64,000 nt of DNA, from NCBI GenBank assembly GCA_013239625.1, contig MU053504.1, positions 2,302,607-2,366,606 on the forward strand, in the 5' to 3' direction. Origin of the DNA: Lama guanicoe (taxonomy: Eukaryota). Positions 13,504 to 25,178 of this stretch are shown here, in pieces (positions within the stretch are counted from its first letter, which is position 1; each line of letters starts with the position of its first letter). Under the pieces are notes generated by a model. That model searched no databases. It had not been told where the DNA came from and saw nothing but the letters and a program-made list of their open reading frames with translations. The translations under genes and the position numbers were made by a program.

Positions 13504-13979
13504 AAGCACTCATGGTCAAGGGTCCAGAATAAAGGGGCTGTAAGTTAGCAACACTGTGCATAGGAAGCACTGTGAGGGAGGTGAAGGTGGCCAAAGAGAT
13601 TATAATATAAAATGGAGAAATACAGAGAGGAAGACATATTTCTGTTGTTTTACATATAAATATGTAATATTTATATATAACATATTATCAACTAGTTACC
13701 AGTATGTAAATAAATAAACTATATATTATTTAGAAAGAGAGAGAGAAATGTGTGTATAAATGCATGTGTGTGCGCACCTAGGGGGAGTAAGGTGGAGGAA
13801 GTGAGGTGAGTGGAATAGTGACAGGGGCCTGGAAGGAACAAGAGAAACTGTAAGGAGGAGACAGGGAAGTGGCCCTGTCTGAGGTGGGGCTGCAGAGAGG
13901 TGGAGCCCATGCATTTTACAGAGAAAAGTTTTATAGGCCACCAAGAATGCAAACAAGCAGTAAAAAAAAAAAAAAAAAA

Positions 13980-14089
13980 NNNNNNNNNNNNNNNNNNNNN
14001 NNNNNNNNNNNNNNNNNNNNNNNNNNNNNNNNNNNNNNNNNNNNNNNNNNNNNNNNNNNNNNNNNNNNNNNNNNNNNNNNNNNNNNNNN
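13980..14089. other. Assembly gap (110 N) flanked by poly(A) on both sides
   Basis: Run of N directly visible. Confidence 1.
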
Positions 14090-14865
14090 AAAAAAAAAAA
14101 AAAAAAAAAAAAGAGGAAGGGAGTGAGTGTGGTCTGTTGCTCCAGGCAGACCAGAGGGTGGGCGGAGCCTTCCGTGGTGTCCAGGATTGCAGAGAGAGAG
14201 AAGGGAAGAGGCAGGGCTCTGAGACCACGGAGGAAAAGAAAAGAGAAACTAGGTTTAAGAGAAACTATGTTTGTTATGGGAAATAGGGCTGTGGTTTCAT
14301 AGTGGAAATGCCTGTGTGTGATAAGCAAGGGCAGGGTTTGGTAACAGGTTGGGGAAGAAATATACCTTTGGAACTTTTGTAAAACGTTTTGTCCCCTAAT
14401 AAAATTTGTGCGTAGCAAGTGAGATTCATGCATGAATTCATGTAACAAACACTGAGCTGCTGCTAGGCACTGAGCAGTGTTCTCCGCACTGGAGACAGGA
14501 ACAGTGAGCAAATGAGCTGAGTGAATGGACTCAGGGAATCAGCAATGAAAGAAAGACTATGGTATGAATGATGAAGTGGGTGAGCAGAGGACAGAGGCAG
14601 AGAACGCTTCCCTTGGCAGGAAGGGAAGTTTTCAGTACCCTGGTCGCCTGCAGGGAGGCTTGCCCAGCTCCCACCCTGCAGCGCATCTGGCCTGGGGAGC
14701 AGCTTTAGGCAGTCTTTCTCCACTCTCCTCCTCCTTGGAGTCCTTTCCTTTTTTCTTCCTCCTTTCCCTCTTCCCATGTCTTCCTTTACCCTGGTTCACT
14801 GTGGTTTCCTTCTCTTGCTTCCACCTTTTCTTTCTATCTTGGACCCAACTGAAGGAACAAAGATT

Positions 14866-15066
14866 GGGGGAGGGTATAGCTCAGTGGTAGAGTGCATGCG
14901 TAGCAAGCACGAGGCCCTGGGTTCAATCCCCAGTATTTCCATTAAAAATAAGCAAATACACATTATAAACTCAGTATATTTCAATAAAAATATATATTAA
15001 AAAATTAGTAAATAAATAAAAACCCAATTACCCCCCCAAATAAAATGATAGAAAATTTTAAAAAAC
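14866..15066 (+). mobile_element. tRNA-Ala-derived SINE (Vic-1-like)
   Basis: GGGGAGGGTATAGCTCAGTGGTAGAGTGCATGCGTAGCAAGCACGAGGCCCTGGGTTCAATCCCCAGT with A/B boxes, then A-rich tail. Confidence 0.92.
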
Positions 15067-15899
15067 CAAAGAAGGGGATGGGAGACTTCCACAGTCAAGG
15101 GCAATCTCCAGCAAGGGGGCATCTGGGAGCTATTAGCAGCCAACAAGCACAGCAGCTGGGCCAGGGTGTACCAGCCAGGAAAGGGGATCTGTGTGAGGCT
15201 CCGACAGCGGCCACAGAAAGAAGGAAGTGAAGTAGCAGATAATCTCACACTCTGCTCTAGAAAATGCACATTGCTATAAGACTTTGGAGAGCAATTTGAT
15301 GATATCTTATAGAGTGGAAGACTCACGTGCCCTATGACCCAGCACTTCCAGCCATATACCCTAGAGAAATGTTCACATGTGGCAGACAGTCTTGCAGAGA
15401 GAGGGAGAGAGGGCTGCAGACTGAGAGGGTGCTCAGTGAGCACCGGCATTTAGGCAACAGGAAGAAGATGAAAGACTCAAGCGTAGACTCCAGGAGGCAG
15501 GGACTATGTGGTCTTGCTCATTGTCAGTGTCCTCAGCATCATGCCTGGCACATAAGGAATGTTCTTAGGGTGCATGAGAAAGGAAGGAAGAAGTAGTGAA
15601 GGAGATAGAGGTCAGAGAGAATCCAAAAAATCAGGAGCCCTCACCCTGGGAGCCAGAAGAGGAGATCATTAAAGGGGATGGACGGCTACCTTGTGGACTG
15701 GTCCGCATTGGCCACTCTTCCACTCTGGACCCAGCCTCGCTGTCTGGGTGTGGCATTCCAGCACAGAAGGGACAAACACCTGTTTCATTTGGTGGGTTTG
15801 TCTCAGTCTTAGCCTCCGAGCAGTAGGAACTGAAAGGCCCCACCCCTTCCTGTCCGCCAGTCCATCTCTTTATTCTGCCACACCCTTCTCTCCCTTTTC

Positions 15900-16052
15900 C
15901 CTTTTTGGGGGTGGGTGGGTGGGAGGGAGGTCATTAGGTCTATTTATTTAATTATTATGTTTTTTTCTTTTTTAAATGGAGATACTGGGGATTGAACCCA
16001 GAACCTCATGCTTGCTAAGCCTGTGCTCTACCACTGAGCTATACCCTCCCCC
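15900..16052 (-). mobile_element. tRNA-Ala-derived SINE (Vic-1-like)
   Basis: ACTGGGGATTGAACCCAG...GCTCTACCACTGAGCTATACCCTCCCC on the plus strand. Confidence 0.92.
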
Positions 16053-17539
16053 CTTTCTCTTTTGCTTCCCCTGTTTCTCTCCTCATGTCTCCTCTCCAGC
16101 ATCCCTCCCTCTCAGGTCCTCACCGTGAGGAGTGAGGGTGCAGAGGCCCAGAGGGGAAGAGGCTTAGGGCAGTCGAGGCTCTCTGGGATCAGGAGTGCAG
16201 GTGGGCGTGGGGCAGGTGGGGGATGGAATGGAGCCCCTCAGTTGCTACCTGTTTGGCCTGAAAAGCTCTCCTGAGCCCTTGTAAAGGGCGGGGAGCCAAA
16301 GGCTCCAGGAAAAGGTAGACTCATTGCCCTAGAAATTAGGTGGTTTTGAGTGCGGGAGTTTCACATGTGGCTTTTTTGCGTAACCAGGTTATCAGATAGT
16401 CCATTAGAGGGCTCATAAAGTCTCCCGCTGCTCTGACTCACAGCATGAGACATGTGTGAGGTGATCCAGAGGGAGAGGCTCTGGAGAGGAGCCGCCCCGT
16501 GGCCGGCCTATGGGGTGTCAGGTAGCAATACATTTTGGGGCCTAAGTGTCACAAAAACCTGGACTTTAGAATCAATCTGAGTCCAAGTCTTGGCCCCATC
16601 ACTTGCCAGCTGTGTGACTTTAGGCACATAATTAATCTTCCCTGAGCCTTCGTGAGAGCATTGGTGGTTTCAAGGGGGAGGACTGGCCTGGGAAAGTGCA
16701 GCTGGCTGCCCTGACAGATCCCTGAGGAGGGCAGGACCTGGGCGTGGCTGCCACTTTCTGGACTTGAATCCTTGGATTCTCCTTGGAAATTTAGTGATTG
16801 GCGCTTTGGCAAACTTGGGCAGTACCTACTAAACCTACTGAATTTGTTTCCTACGACTGCTATAACTAAGCATACAAACTAGGGGACTTCAAGGCAACAG
16901 AAATTTATTCTCTCAAAGTTCTGCAGGCTAGAAGTCCAAAATCAAGGTGCCAACAGGGCCACACTCTCTCTAAGGCTCTAGGGTGAGTCCTCCTATTGGG
17001 GTCACCATTGCCCCTTTCTTTAGGACAAGAACTTTTCTATGGAGGCCGGGGCAGGGCACAATAATGCCTTTGTCAGTCCTGATAACATATGGAAGGGTGG
17101 GGAGCCTTCAGTGCAGGAAGAAAGGAGGGAACATTCTGGAGCCTAAGCTAATCGGGGAGGTTATTTGGGGATCCTTGCATCTCTTCTGGTCCCCTTGAGG
17201 TGGCCCTGGGTCCTCAGCATCCTGATGAGATCACCAGGTGTGGGTGGGAGCAGTCAACTCCAGCAAGTACTGCCTCTTCTGGGTCTCCCTCTCTGTTCCA
17301 AGGACTCACCCTTTCACCCATGTCCCTTAAACTAGAAAAATGGGGTGTGGAGAAGCTGGAGGTGGGGCTGGTAATGACCGGTAGGAGGTAGCCGAGGAGC
17401 AGGATGTCCACTCGAAGGGGCTGCCTGGGGACTCAGCGGATGCCAGGCAGGCTGGGAGAGTGGGGCTCTGTCCTGATTCCCAATAATTAAGCCTCAGAGC
17501 AGTGGGGGCAAATATGTGTGTGTGTGTGTGTGTGTGTGT

Positions 17540-17900
17540 ATGTATATATAGAGAGAGACTCCCATGGTTATACCTACTGGTAAGTCCAAAATCTGCAGAG
17601 TGGACCACCATGCTGGAGACCCAAAGGAGAGATGACGTTGCAGTTCAAGTCCAAAGACCATCTGCTGGCAGAATCTCCTCTTGTTCAGAAAGGCTTTTTC
17701 TCTATTCAGACCTTCAGTTAATTGAATGAGGCCCACCCACATTATGGAAGCCAGTCTACTTTACTCAAAGCCCACTGATTTGAGTGTTAATCTCATCCAA
17801 AAGCACCCTCACAGAAACATTCAGAATAATGTTTATCCAAAAATATAGGCACCGTACGGGCTAACCAAGTTGACACATAAAATTAAAATTAACCTTACTC
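17540..17900. mobile_element. ERVL LTR (MLT2-type), preceded by (TG)n microsatellite
   Basis: AAGTCCAAAATCTGCAG...GCTGGAGACCCA...TGAGGCCCACCCACATTATGGA...CAAGTTGACACATAAAATTAA. Confidence 0.8.
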
Positions 17901-17989
17901 AAATGACTTCACCAGGAAATAGGAATGGCAGCTCCCAGCCACTGAGGACTTTCCTTGTGTTGGTGGCCTTGCACTTACCTCCTAACATA

Positions 17990-18530
17990 TCGGTGTGGTG
18001 TTATGCTTGTTTCCCAGAGGAATCCACTGAATCTTGCCTAGTGTGATAGCCAGTGCTGGACCCCAGCCTGGATCTCTTTTCCCAGTCAGTAACCCCTCCC
18101 ACAACTGCTGCCAGGGCAGTGGCTAAAAACTTGCCTCTGAGACCTTCTCTAGGGGATTGCCTTGTGGCTGATGTCCTTGTCCAGAACCTCTTGGGAACTT
18201 CCCATCCCCGTCTCCTATCCCCGTCTCCCATCCCCCACCCCCTATTTTCCAGAGAAGGACAATGGCTGATTGACATAGGGTTATGAGAGCCTGGCTTGCT
18301 TACCTCAAGGGGGGATAACTCTGGACCATTCATCACCCCCGCCCAGCCACCAGAGCTCCCCGTGGGGTCAGGCTGAGGTGAGACTCCAGCGGAGACCCCA
18401 TCCTTGCCAAGTATCTTCCCTTGCCCTGCCCTGCTTCCCTTCCTCCCTTTCTCTTGAGGTCACTTCCTTAGTAAATCATGCTCATGAATTTCCATGTCAC
18501 GCTCTGACTCTAGTGAATGGGATTTCAGAC
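17990..18530. mobile_element. Ancient ERVL LTR (LTR16-like)
   Basis: CAGAGCTCCCCGTGGGGTCAGGCTGAGG...CCCTGCCCTGCTTCCCT...AGTAAATCA motifs. Confidence 0.5.
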
Positions 18531-19679
18531 ACCTGTTAGTGAGGAATTTAAAGCCAGGTTGAGCTGGCTTCAGAGCCAGCCCACGAACTCCTGCATTGTG
18601 CCCAGTTGGGGATGGGAAGCTGGCAGGCATGAACGCATCCTTGGGGGACTGGGGTCTTAGCTGAGAAGAGCCCTAGCTCTTTGGTGGCTTTGTCACTCCT
18701 TCCCTTGCTTGCTCGCTCCTAACTGCTGTCTCTTTCCACAAAATGCAGCACCAGCAACAAGCTTCCCAGTTGGGTACCTCCACGAGGGCAGGAGGGGCAA
18801 GTTGAAGGTTACACTCATGGGTGCAGAGACTGTGGGTCTGGAGCCGCATCCTCAAGGCTTCCCTGAGCGGAGAGTCTTGGCTTTCAGGAGCAGGAGGCAG
18901 ATGTGCAGCAGCAGCGCTGTCCTCAAAATCCTGAGCTGCTCCTTGGGAGAGAGTATGAGCCAAACCCAGGCAGGCAGGCAGGCCTCCTGGTCAGCAGGCT
19001 GCAGGCCCAGGCTGTGGTCTGAGGCCCCCATGTGCAGGCCCCTGCCTGTGGGAGTGCCGAGTCACCACCCTGGGAAGGCCTCTGCTGGATTTTTCCATAA
19101 CTTGGAGGTTTGGAACTGCCCCAGTCACCACTGCTGTAGTTAGAATTTTGCCTCTGGCTTTACCAGGTGGCCTCCAGTCCTCTCTAAGAGACAGCTGCTG
19201 AAGGAAAACAAATATGTGAGAGCACATTCTCCCGAGTGGAATGAGAGAGTCTGGACTGGAGAGGGTGGAGCCAAAGTCTGGCAGAGGAATTGCTGGGAGT
19301 GGCTGTGGAGCGGAGGAAGGGCTCCTTGCTGGCCCCCAAAGAGCCTTCTACTCCAACCAGCTGGAGAAGACAACAAAGGATGGGGCGCCTGTTGGCAGAA
19401 GGCTTCTTCTAAAAAAAAAAAAGTAGTTGGGCTGTTCTCTTTGGTTGAAGACCTTCACTACTGCTTTTTCTATAAAAGGATATCATGTGGGAACTTGGAA
19501 ACTTTGGTGTCAGAAGACCTGATTAAAAACCTCTATCCTATCCTTGTAAGTTTTGTGATGCTGGGAAAGTCACTTAATATATCAGAGGCTCAGTTTCCTC
19601 ATCCAGAAAATGGGTGGCCATGCTCAGTGCACAAGTTTACTGCCTGGGATGGGGCAAATCCAATGAAGGATATAGGTTA

Positions 19680-20280
19680 GTTTGCCTATTCTTGAACTTC
19701 ATATAAAAAGAATCATACAGTTTGTACTCTTTTGTGTAAAGTTTCTTTTGCTCAGCATATTACACTGGAGATTCAGCCAGGTTGCTGTGTGTATCAGTAG
19801 TGAGTTCCTTTTTTCTTGCTGAGCAGTATTCCATAATTTGCTTATACATTCTCTTGTTTTGTTTGTTTTTAAATATTAGTTCAGAATTCTTTTTTTTTTT
19901 AGTAATTTATTTACTTTTGAGGGGAGGTAATTAGGTTTGCTTGTTTATTTATTTATTTTTTTTTCCCCACCTGTATCTATTGCACAGAGTTTTCTCATTT
20001 CCTTAGAGAGCTTTCTCCCTTTCTCCTGATTGACATGTAGCAGTTATGTAATTTATGTGCTTATACTTCTGAGTGCTGGATGAGGGTATTTGTTTATTAT
20101 TATTATTTAACTGTGGTACTGGGGATTGAACCCAGGACCTCGTGCATGCTAAGCACACACTCTACCACTGTGCTATACCCTCCCTCTTCCATTCTCTTGT
20201 TGATAGACATTTGGGTTGTCTCCAGTTTGGATTCTTATGAATAAAACTAAGAACATTCATGTACAAATCTTTCTGTAGTC
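19680..20280 (-). mobile_element. Old L1 3' fragment (hosts a SINE)
   Basis: CATATAAAAAGAATCATACAG...GATAGACATTTGGGTTGTCTCCAGTTTGG. Confidence 0.75.
19859..20183 (-). mobile_element. tRNA-Ala-derived SINE carrying an extra 122-nt internal insert
   Basis: SINE head 20111-20183; TSD CATTCTCTTGTT at ~19847-19858 and ~20190-20201. Confidence 0.88.
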
Positions 20281-20399
20281 AGGCACCGTGTACCCCTGGA
20301 GTTTTGATTCACTGTCCTGCTTCACTGGAAAAGTTCCCTGCCACATTAGTCACATACTCAGCTAGAAAGACAGATGAGTTGTTTCCCCCATAAAGGCAC

Positions 20400-21165
20400 T
20401 ATTCACAACCTAGATGGAACTACACACCCATGTCCCTAAACCTGCTCCTTCTGGGGTCTTTGCCATGTCACTGTATTGCTTGGGCCAGAAACCTGATTAC
20501 TCTCTTTGCTCATATCCTTCAACCTAGCCATCAACAACCCCATCAGATGTACCTTCCAAACACCTAACCACTTATCTCCTCCATGGCTACCATCACCTGC
20601 TGCCTGGGTCACTGCCTCTCCTCTGCTTTCACCCTAGTTTTTCTCCCCCACCCCCACCTCCACTCCTGAGTGATTCTTACCATAGCGTGCAGAGCAATCC
20701 TGCAGAGGCTGAGAGAGACTATGTTCTGCCTTTGTATGAAATCCTCCCATGGTTCCCACCCAACTCTAAGCAAGAGCTGCAGTCATCACAATGTCTGTGA
20801 AGCCCTCACGATCTCCCCCTGCTAATTCTCTCCCATCACCTCCCTCCCCTTCTCCTCTTCAATCACATTCTGCTTGTTCCTTTAGTATGTCAAAGATGTT
20901 CCTGCCTGTGGACTTTTGCATTGATTGTTCTCCCTGAATAGAAAAGCTCTTCCCCTGGATATCCACATGGCTCCCTCCCTTACTTTCCTTCAGGACCACT
21001 GACTTTACCAGCTCTATTTTCCTCTACAGTGCTTGCCACACTTGAGACAGTCTATTCACTGGTTTACGTGTCTGTTGTCTGTTTGTCTGTCTCCCCCATG
21101 TCAGCTCCATGAGGGCAGAGACTTTGTCAGTTTGTACTTGTGTCCCTGGTGCCTGAGCAGTATCG
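20400..21165 (+). mobile_element. L2 3' region
   Basis: Pyrimidine-rich body ending AGCTCCATGAGGGCAGAGACTTTGTC...GTGCCTGAGCAGT. Confidence 0.75.
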
Positions 21166-21699
21166 GCTGTGTCCTCAGCACCAATTAAGAGACACAGAGG
21201 AACCTAGAGCACACATGAAAGGGGGAGTCAAGTTTGGAGTCTTTCACTCTAAGCTCACTATCTGGGTGTTGGCTACTTTAGGAGACTGCTAAGAGCATCA
21301 TTTGGGCTCTCCCTGCACCCTCAGATTTAGCTCACTTTGACCCAAGCCCTAATCTCACAGCCAATGTAATGAGTCCAGAGATTGGAAGAGGCTTTTGGAA
21401 ATGGTGAGTTGGATCCAGGCCTGGAAGGGTAGGTGGAGTTGTGTAGGCAGAGGACAGCGGGATAGCATGGGCTGGCATGGGGTAGTCCTGCGTAGGTGAG
21501 ATATGAGGGGCTGGCACCTTTGACAGGTTTTCTGAAAGGCCGCCCCCCAGGAAAGGCACCATCACCACTCCTTCTGGTGCTGACGCAGCAGGGCTTTGGG
21601 GGAGAGGTCCCAGCACCATCCACCCATGGTTTTTCTCCCGATATCATCATCAGTCCCAGTCTGGTTTCCTTAGCACTGAAGTAAATCTGTGGAAGGAAA

Positions 21700-21820
21700 T
21701 TTTTACTTGTATTTATTTATTTTTTAATAGAAGTATAGTCAGTTACAATGTGTCAGTTTCTGGTGTACAGCACAATATCCCAGTCATGCATATACATACA
21801 TATATTTGTTTTCATATTTT
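21700..21820 (-). mobile_element. Short 5'-truncated L1 3' end
   Basis: TTACAATGTGTCAGTTTCTGGTGTACAGCA motif shared with the L1 at 53223; perfect TSD TGTGGAAGGAAA at 21688-21699 and 21821-21832. Confidence 0.85.
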
Positions 21821-22647
21821 TGTGGAAGGAAACTTATTCCTCAATAAAGCAAACCTACAATATCTCTGGACAGGCAAGAATGAGGCAGCCCTACCTCAGT
21901 CAATCTCTGGAGAGACAAGAGTGAATCTGTCCCTAAACAAAGCAAGGTCTGACCTCTGCCAGGATGTTCTGAGGTCCTCTGCCTTCAGACACAGACCTTG
22001 CCACACCCAGCCCATTGATACCAGGTTCCATGGTACATCATGCTGGGTTTTGAAAGGTGTGAGGGGGATTTCCTAACCTTCTTGGCTGTTCCCATCCCAT
22101 CACCGCTGCCCACGGTATTTGTTGCGGGGAAGTTTTTTCTTGAATACAAGCTGTGTCTCAAAAGATTTTCCTACCCAGGAGGAGAGGGGGAGTTTACCAC
22201 CAGTGTGTAGTGTTCAGATTGGATTGGGTGGGTCATTCGGGATAGGTCTAGGATAAAGAGTCACAGGGGTCATGAAAATGATGACAGCAGGGATAAAGGT
22301 ACCCCAGAGGCTTCCCAACCTGTCATAGGTAGTATGGCAGGTAGGCAGGTTGCTGGCTGCAGAGGCCTCTACCTTGGCTCTATGTGCTAACCTGCCTGGG
22401 ATCCGGGCTCCTCTGAGCCCCAAAGACCCTGTTCTTTTGGAGAAGGGCTGGGTCCCAATCCACAGAGGCTTCCTCTAGACCCTCACTGACCTCTTCCACA
22501 GTTCTGTCTGGGTCTCCCCAGAGGTGGGTCCTCACTCAGGAGGGCAAGCTGTCCTGAAGTCGCCCTCCCAGAGCTCGCCCCCGCTCAGGGCTCTTGTCTC
22601 AACACATGTGGGGCTGGCCTGGGAACTCTCTTCCCTCGATTACAATA

Positions 22648-23095
22648 AGGATCTTAACCTTGTTTGGGCAACAGACCCCTTTGGCAGGCTGGTGAGGCCC
22701 ATGGAGCCCTTGCCAGAATAATGCTTTTAAATGCATAAAGTAAAACACACTGGATAAAAAAGAAAACCAATTGCACTGAAATGCAGATAGTAACATATTT
22801 TAAAGTATGATACAGTAAGGCATGTGTTTCTTGTTAACGCATTAACAAAGAAAATCTAGCATTGGATCTCACATCTATCATAATCTCATAAATGATATTT
22901 TAAGGTACCTGCAATGACTGTTATATGATAGAGAAATACCTGATTTCTTTTGGTGACAGTCTCAGACGCTGCTAACGCTAATGTGGTCTGTTGCCTACAT
23001 TCAGAATGCAAGGAAATGTCATAATTCAGTAGAGGCTAGTCAAAATAATGGGGTAATATTTTTCCCACCCAAGTCCATGGACCCCAGGATAAGAG
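22648..23095. mobile_element. hAT-Charlie non-autonomous DNA transposon (MER119-like)
   Basis: CTTAACCTT...GACCCCTTTGGCAGGCTGGTGAGGCCCATGGA...GAATAATGCTTTTAAATGCATAAA; related inverted sequence at ~24520-24870. Confidence 0.65.
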
Positions 23096-23188
23096 GACTG
23101 CCTTTGACCTTTCACTTTTATTGCCTCCTGGGGCTAGAATGAGGACATGGGGGGAGATGTGGAGGGGTGCACAAAGCAAGAATACTGC

Positions 23189-23231
23189 ACAACATTGTAA
23201 AATGACTATAATTCAATAAAAAATTAAAAAA
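23189..23231 (+). mobile_element. Very short L1 3' terminus
   Basis: CACAACATTGTAAAATGACTATAATTCAATAAA + A tail between direct repeats AAGAATACTG (23179-23188, 23232-23241). Confidence 0.8.
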
Positions 23232-23459
23232 AAGAATACTGGGCCCTGGTTTCTCATTTGTAAAATGTATTTATTTTAAATTAAACAAGAAGAATTGCAT
23301 TTGTTAAGAATTCAGGCACTATAGATTTATCTCTCAAACCCTCTTCCCTCCAGAGGGAAGCTTGTTATTTTATTTCTCACTCTCTCTCGCTCACGCATGC
23401 ACACCCAAATAAAATGACAAAAGTAATATTGAAATATATTTGCCTTGGAAAAAATCAGA

Positions 23460-23538
23460 TTATTTATTTATTTTTTTATTGAGGCATAGTTGATTTACAA
23501 TGTTGTATTCGTTTCTGGCGTACAGCATAATTATTCAG

Positions 23539-23576
<38 letters not shown>

Positions 23577-23748
23577 TTCCTTTTTCATGTTCTTTTTCAT
23601 TATAGGTTATCACAAGATTTTGAATGTAGTTCCCTGTGCTCTACAGTAGGACCTTGTTGTTTATCTATTTTATATATAGTTGTTTGTATCTGCTAATCCC
23701 AAACTCCTAATTTATCCCTCCCCCCACTTTCTCCTTTGGTAACCATAT
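23460..23748 (-). mobile_element. L1 3' UTR fragment with (TA)n
   Basis: AGTTGATTTACAATGTTGT...GTTCCCTGTGCT..ACAGTAGGACCTTGTTG...TTTGGTAACCATA. Confidence 0.85.
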
Positions 23749-25178
23749 AGAAACAGTCCTTTATCAAATGCTAGTAGGATCGTGCTGTACACACTCTCTT
23801 GAAACTTGCTTTTTTCTCTGTTAACAGAGGGTCTTGGATGTCCTTCCGTGTCAGTCCATACGCTGCTGTCTTCTTGATTTTTCTTACTCTTTTTACTGCC
23901 GAGTAGTATTTAATACTATGCATATATGTGTTTTAGTTTATTTAGTCATTGTCTTCTCAATCAGATTTTAGTTTTTTTCAGTTTTTCAGTGTTTTAGACA
24001 ATCTTGTTGTGAACACCCTTGCTTGTGCCTCTTGGGTATATAGCTGGATGTCTAAGTGCTAGGTCAGAGGGGGCACATGTTTTGAATTTTAATAGATATG
24101 ATTTAGCCCCTCTACCCATTGTGTCTAGGGTATGGGTGGGGCACCTAGGCCAGAATTCAGGCTTTAACTTCCCTCTCCCTCACTTCAGTCACCCAAGTCA
24201 CCCAGTCATCCATCAGCAAGCCATGTTAGTTTCACCTCATCTTCTCTTGCTCTTGCCTGAGTTAATGGATTAGGTCCCTGCTCCCACTCCCCATCCCTAG
24301 TCTTGGCCTTTCTACCTCCTACATGACCCACATTGTTCTGCAGTCAGAATTTTCCTTCTTGATCCCCAATCCAATCATGTCCTCCTCTGACTCAATGGTT
24401 TCCCATTACACTTAGGATAATTTCTAAGCCCTGTTGCTGGGTCTACTTTCCACTTGGCTAGGCCAAACTCTCCAGCATCCTTCCTCCCTGGCATCTCACC
24501 TCATCTGTATTTTCCTCTAAATTAAATCAAATGTTTCCTTTAATTACGGACATGGGCAACAAATCATACAGCTGAGTCTTTGCAACAGATATTTGTTTGC
24601 CACGAATATTTTCATGTCACATTACAGTTATAAATATTTTGAAAGGTCATCTATACTTCAGAGTTACAGTAGTTATTAGACAGTATCTCCCCTACACTAG
24701 ATCTTGTGTAGTATATCAAGGAAGAAGCACATATTACATTTTAAAATAATTTGGTAAAAGTATTTCAACATAACTGATTTCCTTTATAACCTGATGTATT
24801 TAATTTTTCCTATTTTATTATTCTTAGAAGGGGTCTATAGGGCTCACCAGACAAAAAGCCCAAGAATCCCTGTATCAGATGAGGAAAGGCCAATACTGAC
24901 TTATATGCTGGGACCCCTCTTGCCTGCACCAATGGCAGACATTACTGACCAATCATGGCAGTCTTCCCAGCAGACGCCTCTGTGGGCATTTTCCACTGAC
25001 TGATCTGTGTAGACATATGAGGCCAAATTTATTTGTTCTTACTTGTCTGTAGTGAACTACATGAACCAACGCAGAATAAAGCCAAGGCAGTGGAAGGGTA
25101 TGATTAAGTGCTTCTTTGGCAGGCACAGCAAATTAGAGCAAAGTTTGAAACTGAAAGTGAGAAAGGCATTAGCACAAC

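Noticed and set aside
13961..14112. Possible hidden element in the gap
   Set aside because: Poly(A) on both sides suggests one unresolved homopolymer; content cannot be seen.
13719..14511. Long ORFs (up to 261 aa) near 14 kb
   Set aside because: Artefacts of translation through the N gap and poly(A) runs.
14866..14941. tRNA-Ala-like sequences (this and nine others) as tRNA genes
   Set aside because: Diverged copies with A-rich tails and often TSDs; they are SINEs.
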